In this document: positions 18,378 to 29,324 of the stretch, in pieces | How positions within the stretch are numbered: position 1 is the first letter of the stretch | Layout of the letters: each line of letters opens with the position of its first letter | Origin: a virus | Length of the DNA stretch: 64,000 nt | Virus record (IMG/VR): IMGVR_UViG_3300009081_000001 | Span: 23,060 to 87,059 of that record | Strand: one strand, 5' to 3' | Notes under the pieces: model-generated | What the model was told of the DNA's origin: nothing | What the model saw: only the letters and a program-made list of their open reading frames with translations | The model's database searches: none | Translations under genes and position numbers: made by a program

Positions 18378-21300
18378 TGACCTTTGACGAGTACGAGAGC
18401 GAGGATATTGACTATCTCTGTGACTTGGAGGCAGAGGCCGAAGTATACGAGCTGTACCGGGACTATCTTGGAGAAGTGAGGAAGAACAATCCCGGTGAAA
18501 GCAACGAAGTATGGGAAGAGATGGCACGAGAGATGGCAAGAGAGGCTTATGCTGATAGCCTCTCACCAGAGTGGAAAGTGAGGTACTAACCATGCCCGCA
18601 TTTGTTACGGTTCACCAGTTGTTGTCGAGCCCGCACGAAAAGGCATTTCTCAATGTCGAGTCGCCCTTTGGCGGCATTGGAGTATGGGGCTCTACGTACA
18701 TGAAGCCCACGATTCTGCTCAAGTCTGCGGAGGACAAGGACAGCCTCTACTTCATGTTAATGCAGTTCGAGAATGAGGGCTACATGGCGGAGTGGCTTGA
18801 GAGTAATAAGAAGCTCTACACCGTGGTTGCCAACGTCGAGAATCTCATTTCCGACAAGGAGGACTAACCATGAAGTGTATCATGTGCAACCAGAGAGAAG
18901 CAAGGCGGGATAGTACCCTGTGTGACGTGTGCTTTAAGAGGCCATGGATGGAGCAGATTCATGCTCTGCTGGCCGTTCTGAATGCACAAGCCAAGGTGGC
19001 CTGGAAGGAGAAGGGCAATGGGTAGGATGAAGGAGTTGTACATCGAGGTAGAAGAGTTGGCGTCCAAGCTCTTGATGGACCTGGGCATGGAGCCGGGCAC
19101 TGTGGCCTATGATGCCTGCTATCCTGGTGTAGTGGAGAGGCTTACCCGGTGGGTGGACCATACGTTTCTTGCTGCTGGATTTCCGACGGAAACAGTAGGA
19201 GCTTTTACCTATTCGGTGGAAGTCTAGGCCATTAGGTGGAGTGGGTGGAGTGGGGAAAGGAAGGATAGAATGGCACGGCTGATTGACTATGAGGGCAAGC
19301 TGGCCGTTGATCACGGCTGGCTCACCCGCCAGAATGAACCCGTCGAGGATAGGTGGTTGTCGGTGTCTAACATCGAGGCCAGCCGCTACCCCGTTGTGGT
19401 GGATCGCATTATCGAGTTCACTGGGAACATGGGTCGGGTTTACAATCCCAACACAAGCCAGTTCATCTACGTGGATACTACCAACTGGGAGAGCGTTGTG
19501 GTCGAGCGGCCCATCAAGAAGCCCCGCAAGGGAAAGGATTATGATTGGGTGTGGTCTGTGGGCAAATGGCGAAAGGAGTGGAAATGAGCGAGACACTTGC
19601 AGTCTTTCAGACAAAGGTTGGTTCCTGGTTCTACGAACGGTGTGAGGGCTCTCTTGTCCTAACAGGAGATACAGAGTTTCGCCTTGCTGGAGTCCTGGTA
19701 TCCATCGTGACAGTCACGAAGAAGCGTATCCTTTGCCAGAATAGCAGGGGGTACTATGCCTGGTTCGATAAGGAGGAGATTGCATGAGCGAGGTAATTTG
19801 CACTTACTGTATCTACCGCACGGATCCCCTGTACTGCTACAAATACCTTGAGCCTTTGTATCCTACGGCCAGGGAGCTTTGTGCCAAGTTTGCCCCTGCC
19901 CCCCGCTGTCCTGTATGCGGGAAAGTGGCAACAGAGCACCCCGGTCGGCATCGTGACTGGTGTGAGGCCAGGGTATGCAAGAATTGCTATCGCATCCTTG
20001 GCTGTAAGAGATGTGCCAACTCAAGCCTCAAATGCCTGTTCTGTGGAGGTAAAGAATGAACCAAGCCCAACGGATAGCGAATGAGATATACCGTGAGGCC
20101 ATGCGCTTTACCATCTGTGCCCTGTGTGGCAGGATATGCCTGTATACCGTGACCATCAACAATAAGATGGTCTGTGAGTGGTGTGCTGATGCAGCATGGC
20201 AAGAAGTGGCAGAGGACAGGCGTGAGCTTGAGGATCAGCGCCGGGCAGCGCAGAGGGGGATACTGTGAAGATTCACGAGCTTGTGGAGTGCAGTATCACG
20301 GAGGATGAGCTACTTCGTGCTGCACTAGCAGACCTTGATGAATCTACCAAGGGGTGGAAGACAAGGAAGTACAGAGAAGAACACCCCGAGGAAGTGGCGC
20401 TAGATGCAGTCTTCCGTGGGTGGTGTGCGGTGCGTGATACCTACCTGGAAGAGTTGACGTTTGCCCTTTGGGAGCACTATGAGGATAGGGACAGACTCGC
20501 CCGCCATGCAGAAGCTATCTTTACTACTGCTGCCAAGCGGTATGATGCTGCACCCCTAATCGGTTCAGAGGGCGTGTACTGCAACTTTGACTGTAAGCAC
20601 TGCCCCCAGGAAGATAGCTGTGATCGAGAGTATGTGAGGGATGATCTAGCGTGGACCGCCGCTGGTACGATTGCTATGGTGCTGTTCCTATGGCAAGAGG
20701 CGAAAGGAATCCTGCCTTTTCCAGATGAGCCAAGCGACGAGACAGTATTGACCTATTACCGCCTGCACCCCAACCTGCAATCAGTGGGGGATATGTACGT
20801 GGCACAACCGTCACTCTTTTGAGGTTTTAGACTATGGCACAAATTTTGCAAGTCGATTTCCGACGGAAATAGGAGGACAGAATGAAACCGAAAGAGGCAC
20901 ACAAGCTACTGAATGAGTACTTTGCAGACCAGACGGCGTATGATCCAGAGATTGGCGAGGCACTTGATACGCTTTACCGCGCTGCCCTGGTGGTGAAACT
21001 GTTGGACAAGTGGATGGAGCATGGAGAAGATATTGCCCTATCCAAAGACGCCGAGGGGTATTGGGGCCAGATATGGCATGGTGGTATCGAGATGGGCGTA
21101 GAGTTTGCCAGTGGGGCTGCAAGTAGCCTTGAGGGTATCATGGCGCTGCTGGATGATATGGCTACTCGCTATCTACGGCATGAATGGAAGCCGCCCAAAG
21201 AGGATAGCCACCTTGAGTCTGCCTATGAAGACCGGACCTACTTTGAAGACTAGTCAGCCACGCCTAGATAGAGGGGTAACGTACTGGCAAGCTTGGGACT

Positions 21301-23124
21301 CATTCTACAGGATGCTAGGCGAGGCAGAAAACCCCGCCTATGTGCTGCAGGGAGGCCCAGGCTTTGGCATTAGGGCTGCTGTGTTTGCCAGTAGGTTTGT
21401 CAAACCAGCAGAGGACCAGGGGCTTTATACCGCTATCTACAACATCGTGTACAACTTCTTCACTGATGGACCAAGCAAGAGGGAGGGATGAATGGATCTA
21501 TCCAAGCTGTTCATCGTGCGTCACTCTGTTACAGAGTATGTGTACACCGAGGAGCGTAAGCTGTTCGATGCACAGGGCAAGGGAGAGGGCTATCTACGTG
21601 AGTTCTCCTATCCCGTAACAGCGAGGTCGGGCAAGGAGTCTCAAGATTTGCTGGTGCGTGGCGTGGCAACCTGCACCGCCAGCTTTGGGTTCAATACCTG
21701 GATTGACTGGGGGGAATGATGTATACCTACAAGGACTTTGCAACCGGGAAGATGCGGCGTACTAGGGGCGAGTTTGAGCAGTGGTCCGAACCCACTGGGC
21801 CACTCAAGGTCAGATACGCCATTTTCAAGAACCCCAAGGGCCGTGTCTGTGTTCCATCTTACTGCCTAACACCAGAAACTAAGGCAGCAATTCCGTCAGT
21901 ACCTAGGTAGAACCTATGTTTGGGTATTGACAACCGTTCAAAGGTATGATACAATGGGCTGTAGTTCAGAACGAGAGAAGGGAGAGCAAGATGAAGTACT
22001 TGAGGGTAACAGTCAGGTTCGCAGACAATCCAGAGGCCAACTACAGTGAGGTACTGCCTGTGAGTGAGTTGGCCGAGAAGTACCCCGAAGCGTCGTCCAT
22101 CTTCTGCAATCCCGAGTTCGTTTCCATGCGCTACACTTTGGACCTGATGATCGTGGACATTCGGGAGGACTAGCATGGAAGGGTACAGGTGCCAAGCCCC
22201 TAACCAGGAAGTGGAGCAGATTGACGCCGAGATCGTAGCAAAGATGAAGTGTCGGCGCTGCAAGTCTCAAATGAGATACGAGCCGTGGACCAGGCCGGGT
22301 AGTTACGTGGCCTTGGCTGTTTGCCCTAACTGTGGGCGAGAAGTGGAGTTCTAATGAAACCCCTGCAGAACATCATCTTTGGTGATACCCTGAGTCGCAT
22401 CGTCGGCCCACTGTACATCAAGTGGAACAGCGCCTCATATCGGTACTACAGCCCCTTTCGCACGGAAAGCGGGAGGCATGGCAGCTTGCAAGTGTGGCGC
22501 ATTCAGGTATTTTGGTAGCAGCATCGGGGCCGGGAGTCACCTTGAGATTTCCGGCCCTGGTACAAATTTTGGGACGGGATTTCAATAGGGGGATGATGGT
22601 ATGACATGGGAAGAGGCTACAAAATTGGCGGTGCATTGTCCTGACGCACTCCCGGCGACGTTGACTGTTGAATCAACGTCTGTACCCCGGCCTGACTTGG
22701 AATCAGTTTTGATGTGCAAAATCAAAGTGAGGCAGGGAAAAGAGCCAGATGGTTGTGACCAGGACCACTGCCCCCATTGGCACTAAGCAACGTTTGTACT
22801 TAGAGAGGAAAAGAGACTATGAAGCAAATGTGCGTGGCTAGGTTCGAGTTTGGCAGTCCATCGCTCACGCTTGTCGAGGTAGTCAAAGAGACGGAGAAGA
22901 CTATCGTTGTCGGCAAGACAGAGAAGGTGATAGGCTATCTCTATGTCGGAAGGCGGCTGCTCAAGGATCAATCCGTCTTTGAAACAGAGGTAGAGGCGTT
23001 AGCCTGGCTTGTAGATCGGGCTGATGCCCACCGCTTACAGAGAGAGAAGGATTATAAGGCGGCTGCACAGCAATACCTAGACCTGCGGTTTCTGTTGGCT
23101 ACCAAAAGAGAGGAACAGGCATGA
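18374..23124 (+). other. Long run of short hypothetical early genes
   Basis: For example 18374-18589, 19270-19587, 19784-20059, 20056-20268, 20265-20822, 20882-21253, 21492-21719, 21716-21910, 22819-23124; RBS-led, many ATGA overlaps. Confidence 0.65.
21910..21972 (+). promoter_or_regulatory. sigma70 promoter with SOS-box-like site and GTTCAGAAC element
   Basis: GAAC-N4-GTTT 21910-21921, TTGACA 21927-21932, 17 bp, TG-n-TACAAT 21950-21955, GTTCAGAAC 21964-21972; near copy of the 7758-7820 promoter. Confidence 0.8.
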
Positions 23125-23414
23125 ATACTATCGTTAGGCTGGAAGATGTTGACTTGTTGTGGGCGTTGGCTGACTATCGTGTGACGGTCAACGATAAGCA
23201 TGGCCCTCTGTCACTGGATGCGTTCAGCGCATTCATCGCGGAGCAGCATGAGCTTGAGGTAGGACCGTCCAAGGCTACTCTCTCTAACAGGCTGAATGGC
23301 CTCATCAAAGAGGGATACCTGTCGGCGCTGCGAGATGAGGGCAATGGGCTCTTGACCTTTACGCTGGACCTTACCGATGAGGGTAGAAAGGTGCTGGAGA
23401 ATGGCAGCGATTGA
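23121..23414 (+). CDS. Winged-helix DNA-binding protein
   Basis: SKATLSNRLNGLIKEGYL...LTDEGRKVL. Confidence 0.65.
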   Translation: MNTIVRLEDVDLLWALADYRVTVNDKHGPLSLDAFSAFIAEQHELEVGPSKATLSNRLNGLIKEGYLSALRDEGNGLLTFTLDLTDEGRKVLENGSD

Positions 23415-24108
23415 CCTGTTTAGTCCACCAGACCTTGAAGAACTGGAAGCCCTGCATGGTCCCTTGCATCTGGTGCAGAGTCGGCAGCTTACCGAACAGG
23501 AGCAAGAGCAAGCCAGAACAAGGGAACCAAAGCGCAAGCACCTGGAAACCAAGCGCAAGAGCGAGGCCATTGTCAAGAGGCAGTGGGCCAGATGGGGAGC
23601 AAATCTTGCCAAGGCGCGGGACGACCTTATCACCCTCAAGACCGGGCAGCAGGTGCGTGTCTCAAAGGACGTGGATTTCGTGGGTGATATCCCCCTGCGT
23701 CTGAATGGGCACGTCTCGACCTATCCCTTGAAGGTGGAGAGCAAGGGTATCACCCTTGACGCCAAAGGCAGGGGCTCTTTCCCCCTGTCTAACCTGTCTG
23801 ACAAGGAGCGTCGGTATCTAAGTAACCATCGTGCAGGGGGTGGGCTGGCCGTGGTGCATCTGTGCTGGTGGCAAGCAGGGGAGTGTGTAGCCTGTCACGT
23901 TGTCAACTGGAAGCAGTGGGAGCGGTTGGAGGCGGGGCTATCGGCCCTGAGTGATGGGAAGTTTGGGGGTAAGAGCCTGCGGTATCACGCTGACTTGATG
24001 TTGCTGGTAGGGTGTGCCGTGGTGAAGGTGCATAGCCGGTGGGAGTTGGAAGCTGACCATTGGCTGCGTCCCATGCTTGCTAACGGGCAAGCGCCGATGC
24101 TGTTTTGA
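23401..24108 (+). CDS. RecU-like Holliday junction resolvase (PD-(D/E)xK)
   Basis: DVDFVG...VESK...FPLSNLSDKERRYL..H...GGLAVV. Confidence 0.6.
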   Translation: MAAIDLFSPPDLEELEALHGPLHLVQSRQLTEQEQEQARTREPKRKHLETKRKSEAIVKRQWARWGANLAKARDDLITLKTGQQVRVSKDVDFVGDIPLRLNGHVSTYPLKVESKGITLDAKGRGSFPLSNLSDKERRYLSNHRAGGGLAVVHLCWWQAGECVACHVVNWKQWERLEAGLSALSDGKFGGKSLRYHADLMLLVGCAVVKVHSRWELEADHWLRPMLANGQAPMLF

Positions 24109-24873
24109 TTTCCGTCGGAAATAGAGAGGGCTAGACATGGACTATTACATTCGGTTTCTCAAGTCAACCTTTGGCAACGTGCAAGGTGACATCGTGCAAC
24201 TGGATACCGTAGACGGACAGGATAACGTGTACTACTACGATTCCTTTGACCGCTACTGCTACCTTACACCCGAGGAAGAAGGTACGGTATGGGAATGGGC
24301 AACAGAGGAAGACTATCGTGCCCAGGAAGAGGAATAGGGAGGGCTAGATGTTCTGTGACAAGTGCGACAACAAGGCGACTGTTCACCTATGCGAAGGGTG
24401 CGCGGCAGAGCTTGAAGAGACTCTAGAAAGTGACGAGCAGACCATTGATGAGTTAGGGAAAGAACTGGAACAGCTACGAGCTACGTTGAAGAGTATCCGC
24501 AAGCTGTCAGGTGAAATCTACCAGTGGGTGAAGAGTGGAGAGGCAGTTAAGACCGATGTTCGTCTCCTGATTCAGACGAACGCGAGGATCATCAATGAGG
24601 ATGCCCACCAGGCCCTTATAGGGGAGGACTAATGGATCCTGAACGAATGGCGATTGTAGCAGCAACATTGTCAATCCGTAGACTCACCGATGAGGAGTTG
24701 GCGGCTATGAATATTGCCGTGCAACTTGATATGGACCCCCGCGAAGTCACTGGCTATGACAAGGTATCGGGCTGCTTTACTTGTCTTACTACTAAGGGCT
24801 ATAGCCCTGCACACGATCTGGTGAAGCAAGCCTTTGCCGAGGAAGCGGGGCGGCGTTTCTATAAGGAGGGAGC

Positions 24874-26040
24874 ATGACACCAAGGGAAGAACTGCAAGCC
24901 CTGGCAGTTGTAGATGATGGCCTTGATAGCCTACTGGTTCCCGATCCAGAGGTAGGGCTACCCGCTACAGCAGACAGGGCCGCGCTTACCGTGGACTGGA
25001 TAGGATTCAGGGACTTGTGTACACAGAGCCCAGGTATCCTTGACGGTTTGCCCAAGCCCAAGGAACACGAGCTTGCACACGTCTACATCAAGCGCATCTG
25101 GCCCTTGCTTGAGGCAGACGAACGGGGTACTGCCCTGGAGATGGGGCTGCAGAAGATGGTCACGATGGGCCGCATAAGTGAGGTTGGGGTACAGCTACGC
25201 ATCTGGCGGGCCTACGTCTCCGGTGACTGGCAGGGGAGCCCCGAGTGCTGTGATACGTTCCGAGAGTGGGTGCATCACGTCTTGACTGACACCCTGGAGG
25301 CCAGCACCACTGAGGCTACTCACCTGGCTAACGTGGTCGAGGCTGTGGCGTGGCTGGCCAAGAATGACTACTCCTGGTTGCCGAAAGACGATGAGGATAA
25401 CCCTGCACTTGAGCAATGCTTTACCCGTCCTCTCTATCGTCGCTATCGTGCCGTAGCAGCAAAGATTCTGGACAGAGCCAAGATTTTGGGAGAGGTTGAG
25501 GCTCGCCTGATAGAGAAGCAGAGGGAGAAGCAAGAGGTTGAGGTCAAAGACCTACAGGCAGCGGTGAATGACATCGAGCAAGAGATCACGGAGCTTGTTG
25601 AACATGCCTCTGATATTGAGGGGTACAACACCACCGACCTGGATAGAGAGGGTAGGACCAGACCGTTAAGGTTGCCCCCTATCGAGGCACGGAAGGACAA
25701 AAGGGATCCTATCACCGGGCGCACGACAATCACGATGGAGGTTAGCCTGGCACAGGAGATTGTGTTACAGCAAAAGGGACGGGGCTGGCTGGACCTACTG
25801 CTTGAGGGAGAACAGTATGATAGAGCCAAGTGGGACTATGTAGAATACCGCAAGATAGGTACTGACGGTTGGGAGCGACGCATCTTGCCAGAAGATAAGA
25901 TTTGGTGCGATGACGATTGGGAACCGTGGGCCGGGAGTCCCGTCGGAGCACTTGACACGTTGGCATATATCACCAAAGAGATGACCGTGTTGCACTACTA
26001 TGTGCAGAAGGAGGACAAGGATGCTGGACAGGTGGAATGA
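24874..26040 (+). CDS. Hypothetical protein (388 aa, central coiled coil)
   Basis: Long ORF with GGAGG RBS; no motif recognised. Confidence 0.75.
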   Translation: MTPREELQALAVVDDGLDSLLVPDPEVGLPATADRAALTVDWIGFRDLCTQSPGILDGLPKPKEHELAHVYIKRIWPLLEADERGTALEMGLQKMVTMGRISEVGVQLRIWRAYVSGDWQGSPECCDTFREWVHHVLTDTLEASTTEATHLANVVEAVAWLAKNDYSWLPKDDEDNPALEQCFTRPLYRRYRAVAAKILDRAKILGEVEARLIEKQREKQEVEVKDLQAAVNDIEQEITELVEHASDIEGYNTTDLDREGRTRPLRLPPIEARKDKRDPITGRTTITMEVSLAQEIVLQQKGRGWLDLLLEGEQYDRAKWDYVEYRKIGTDGWERRILPEDKIWCDDDWEPWAGSPVGALDTLAYITKEMTVLHYYVQKEDKDAGQVE

Positions 26041-26352
26041 CCTGATAGACAGGGCCAAGCCCCTTGTGCTGGAGAGCCCGCGTCTCTTCGACAACCTTGC
26101 CGATGCTGCCCAAGACCTACACGACTATCCCTTTCACCACAAGCGTATCCTTGACGACCTGGAGCGTGTCATTCAGTCCTATGAGGAGGATGGGCCAGAT
26201 GAAGAAGAAGATTAGGGACAGGATTCTCGACGCCTGGGTGTGGGACCAGTGTGGCAAGTGTGGCCGTGCGTTCCCGGCCAGTGAGAAGAGGCTGGATAAC
26301 AGGGGCTTGTGTCCCGACTGTGCGCGTATTGAGCGTTCAGGTTTGTGAGCAC

Positions 26353-26381
26353 TTGACACGTATCCTGATCTATGGTATGAT
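26353..26381 (+). promoter_or_regulatory. sigma70 promoter
   Basis: TTGACA-17-TATGAT with TG extension. Confidence 0.7.
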
Positions 26382-27835
26382 GTGCTCTGACGATGAACGT
26401 CTAGACAACTGATAATCGGCAGGCATCAAGCTCTGGCGGGGGTAAGATGCAAGAGAAAGCCGCTATCGAAGTACACACACAGGCCCACTATTTCGGGTCT
26501 TTCTGGTTATTCCCTCGTGTACTGGGGAGCCGCCAAAAAGACCAAGAAAGATCCGAAATAGTGGGTCATTGTATTATAAGGAGGAAGCGAATGTATAAGT
26601 GGTGGTGGTACAAGCCTTTCATTATCTTTCTGGTGCTGGCCCTGGCCGTAGCGGTAGGGCTGTGCATTGGGGGGTACTGGTAGGAGGAGGGGAGCATGAA
26701 GAAACTAGGCAAGAGAGTAAAGCTAAGTGAGGCACAGGTAAGGGCGCTCACATACCTTTCCAAGCACGAGGGCTGGACATACGGTACGCCCGTTACACAA
26801 CGGTGCCTGAATGCCCTGCATATTCGTGGCCTGGTTGGAGTGGCCTTCGATAAGGAAACAGGATGGGTTGAGAGGATAACAGACGCTGGCAGGGAGGCGC
26901 TAGCACACTGGCAGGAGAAGAGGGAATGATAGTCACACGACTGATAAGGCAACTGTTGGCTGCGGTCTATGCGACATCAGCTCTCCTAACTGTAGGCTCT
27001 GCCATCTTTTGGGGAGGGCTCGACGGTGTATCATCAGACCGCTTGATAATGGGCGGGGTAGTGCTTGCACTTCTGGCAGTAGCACAGGAGATCGCTTGCA
27101 TTTCCGACGGAAATAGGGGAGGGTGAGCATGAGAACAGAGGGAGAGATCAGGAAAGAGTTGATGGAGATAGACTATCTGCTGCAATTCTACACCAAGCAC
27201 AAGCCGGAGATAGTCACAAGCATAGATGCCAGCATAACCATCGGCACTACTGCTGCACTGGCAATCCAGAAAGCTACCATGCAGTGGGTGCTTGGCATGG
27301 ACAAGGAGGAGGGGGCATGAAACCGATTGTCTGTATCGGAACGGCAGACGGTATCGAAGTCAACGCCTTTTTCTCTACCATGTATCGAGACGGAGAAAGG
27401 GTTGAGCGGCCCTGTGTTGAGATTCGCGGGGCAAACGGGATCCAGATGCACCTATCGAAAGTCGAAGGACTGATTGACCTGCTGCAAGAGGCGGTTGCAT
27501 ACTGGAAAGATGAAGGCTACTAGATTTCCGACGGAAATAGGAGGGAGTCGAGCATGAGTAACCTTTACTGGGCGATGGATGAAGACGCCGACGATGGGGT
27601 AACAGTTGAGTGGGAAGAGACGTTAGCCGATCCTGTATTCTACAAGTGGATCGAGTGGGTATGCCCTGTCTGTGGTGAAAAGAACATCGACAGTCCAGAC
27701 CTTACAGCGGTGCCCATCTGCGGTGACTGTGAGCGAGTGTCGGACTGGGAAGAGTTTGTTGGACTATTCGATTGAGGCATCGCTTTGTGAGCCTTAGAGC
27801 CGTAAGGATGTCTCCCATGAAAGGGAGAGAGTAAC

Positions 27836-29320
27836 ATGAGTAACGGCATCAAGGAACCGGGAACAGAATATGTGGTAGATGAGGACAAGCTACTCAAGAT
27901 TAGCCACTATGACGAGCGCGACCTTGCGGCATTGCAAGCTATCGGCAACTATGATTCTTTTCAGATCCTCGAAGCAGTCAATGAAGACTCCATTGCTTTC
28001 CGTAAGTGGTTTGTGGATATCACTGGCGACCTGGCAGCGGGCGTTATGCTCTCGCAGATCCACTACTGGCATGGCATCAGCAAACGGGATGGCAAGCCAA
28101 GGCTAAAGGTTGAGAAGGAAGGACACCTATGGCTATGCAAGTCAGACAATGAGTGGTGGAAAGAAGCAAGGTTGACTGAGAAGCAAGCCCGCCGGGCGCG
28201 AGAGATTCTAGAGAAGCAAGGGCTCATCATCTGCAAGCTGTGGCGATTCAGTAATGTCCCACGTATCCACATGAGAATCAACAAGCCAGTGTTTATGTCG
28301 GCGCTGAACGCTGCAATGTGTGAGAAATCCCGATTTGCCCTACAGGGCAAATCAGACTTGCCGCAGGGGGCAAATCAGACTTGCCCTACAGGGCAAAACA
28401 TTAACAGAGACTACTTAACAGAGACTACCATAGAAGATCCCCCCACGCCTGACGGCGATGGGGTACCCTTAAAGGAGGGACAGAATGGACAATCTGATCG
28501 GGTTTATGGAATCACAGCTAGAACTCAACTTGCAACTAGTCGAGGGAATGGCCGGCCTGAGTCGTCGCTTGCGTTCCCTGGAGAAGCAGATGGCGAAGAA
28601 GGAGGCAGAGAACCTACGATTGGCCCTCAAGCTGGTGGACCTGGAGAAGATGGTGAAGCTGCTGACAGAAGCGGGGGGCAGCATGGCGGTGGAGCTGGTA
28701 GTACTGGAGAGCAAGATAGACCAGGCGCGGAAGGCGGCGGAGGCATACTACGACGACGTGCTGAATATCACGGCGAACCTGGGAGTAGACCTGGCAACGG
28801 CGGAGCTGCAACTAGGCAGGCTAATGCTCAAGGTAGCAGACCACCTGCAGGACAAGTAGGGGGCAACTCCGTAATCCACAATCTGCTTAGTGGCACACGA
28901 ACAGAGGGAGACGACGAAGCCCGCCCCAAGTGGCAGATACCAGAGTCACCGGAGCAAGAGGCATTTCTGTCTGTGTGTAGTGCCAAGTGGTTCAAGCCTA
29001 AGCAGAAGAGTAACATCAAGGGGATACTCGCCGCCTTACGAGCCGGGGACATGGCCGGGGATGACGTGTACCAGAAGTGTGCCGAGGCTATAGCAGACAA
29101 GGGGAAACTGGAGAGTCCTTTGCCCCCCTTGCCCCGGTCCTGGTACGAGTGGCGAGAGGGACACGCCAAGGGCCACAGGTGGAGCGTGGATGGATTCGTT
29201 AATGCTCTGCTGGATAGGGACCGGCTGATGGAGCATTGCCAGTATCACTTAAAGACGAAGGGAGTAGTAACAAACGACTATGGCGCTGATCCTTGGTTAG
29301 AGAACCTACCGGGAGGATAG
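27836..29320 (+). CDS. Phage replication initiator-like protein
   Basis: N-terminal winged-helix-like region (ITGDLAAGVMLSQIHYW...WWKEARLTEKQARRAREIL..QGLI), internal iterons, directly upstream of DnaB. Confidence 0.7.
   Translation: MSNGIKEPGTEYVVDEDKLLKISHYDERDLAALQAIGNYDSFQILEAVNEDSIAFRKWFVDITGDLAAGVMLSQIHYWHGISKRDGKPRLKVEKEGHLWLCKSDNEWWKEARLTEKQARRAREILEKQGLIICKLWRFSNVPRIHMRINKPVFMSALNAAMCEKSRFALQGKSDLPQGANQTCPTGQNINRDYLTETTIEDPPTPDGDGVPLKEGQNGQSDRVYGITARTQLATSRGNGRPESSLAFPGEADGEEGGREPTIGPQAGGPGEDGEAADRSGGQHGGGAGSTGEQDRPGAEGGGGILRRRAEYHGEPGSRPGNGGAATRQANAQGSRPPAGQVGGNSVIHNLLSGTRTEGDDEARPKWQIPESPEQEAFLSVCSAKWFKPKQKSNIKGILAALRAGDMAGDDVYQKCAEAIADKGKLESPLPPLPRSWYEWREGHAKGHRWSVDGFVNALLDRDRLMEHCQYHLKTKGVVTNDYGADPWLENLPGG
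28334..28428. repeat. Iteron-like repeats (putative replication origin)
   Basis: TTGCCCTACAGGGCAAA x2 with a degenerate middle copy at 23-bp period, then TTAACAGAGACTAC x2 (28401-28428). Confidence 0.7.
28485..28859 (+). CDS. Coiled-coil protein nested out of frame inside the initiator gene
   Basis: AAGGAGG RBS before ATG; heptad-rich 124 aa; the host frame is G/E/R low-complexity over the same span. Confidence 0.65.
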   Translation: MDNLIGFMESQLELNLQLVEGMAGLSRRLRSLEKQMAKKEAENLRLALKLVDLEKMVKLLTEAGGSMAVELVVLESKIDQARKAAEAYYDDVLNITANLGVDLATAELQLGRLMLKVADHLQDK

Positions 29321-29324
29321 ACGT

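Noticed and set aside
4533-18860. Partial palindrome copies at 4533 (CCCTCCGTCGGAAAT) and 18847 (ATTTCCGACAAGG)
   Set aside because: The core is incomplete, so they were left out of the count of 37; they may be decayed sites.
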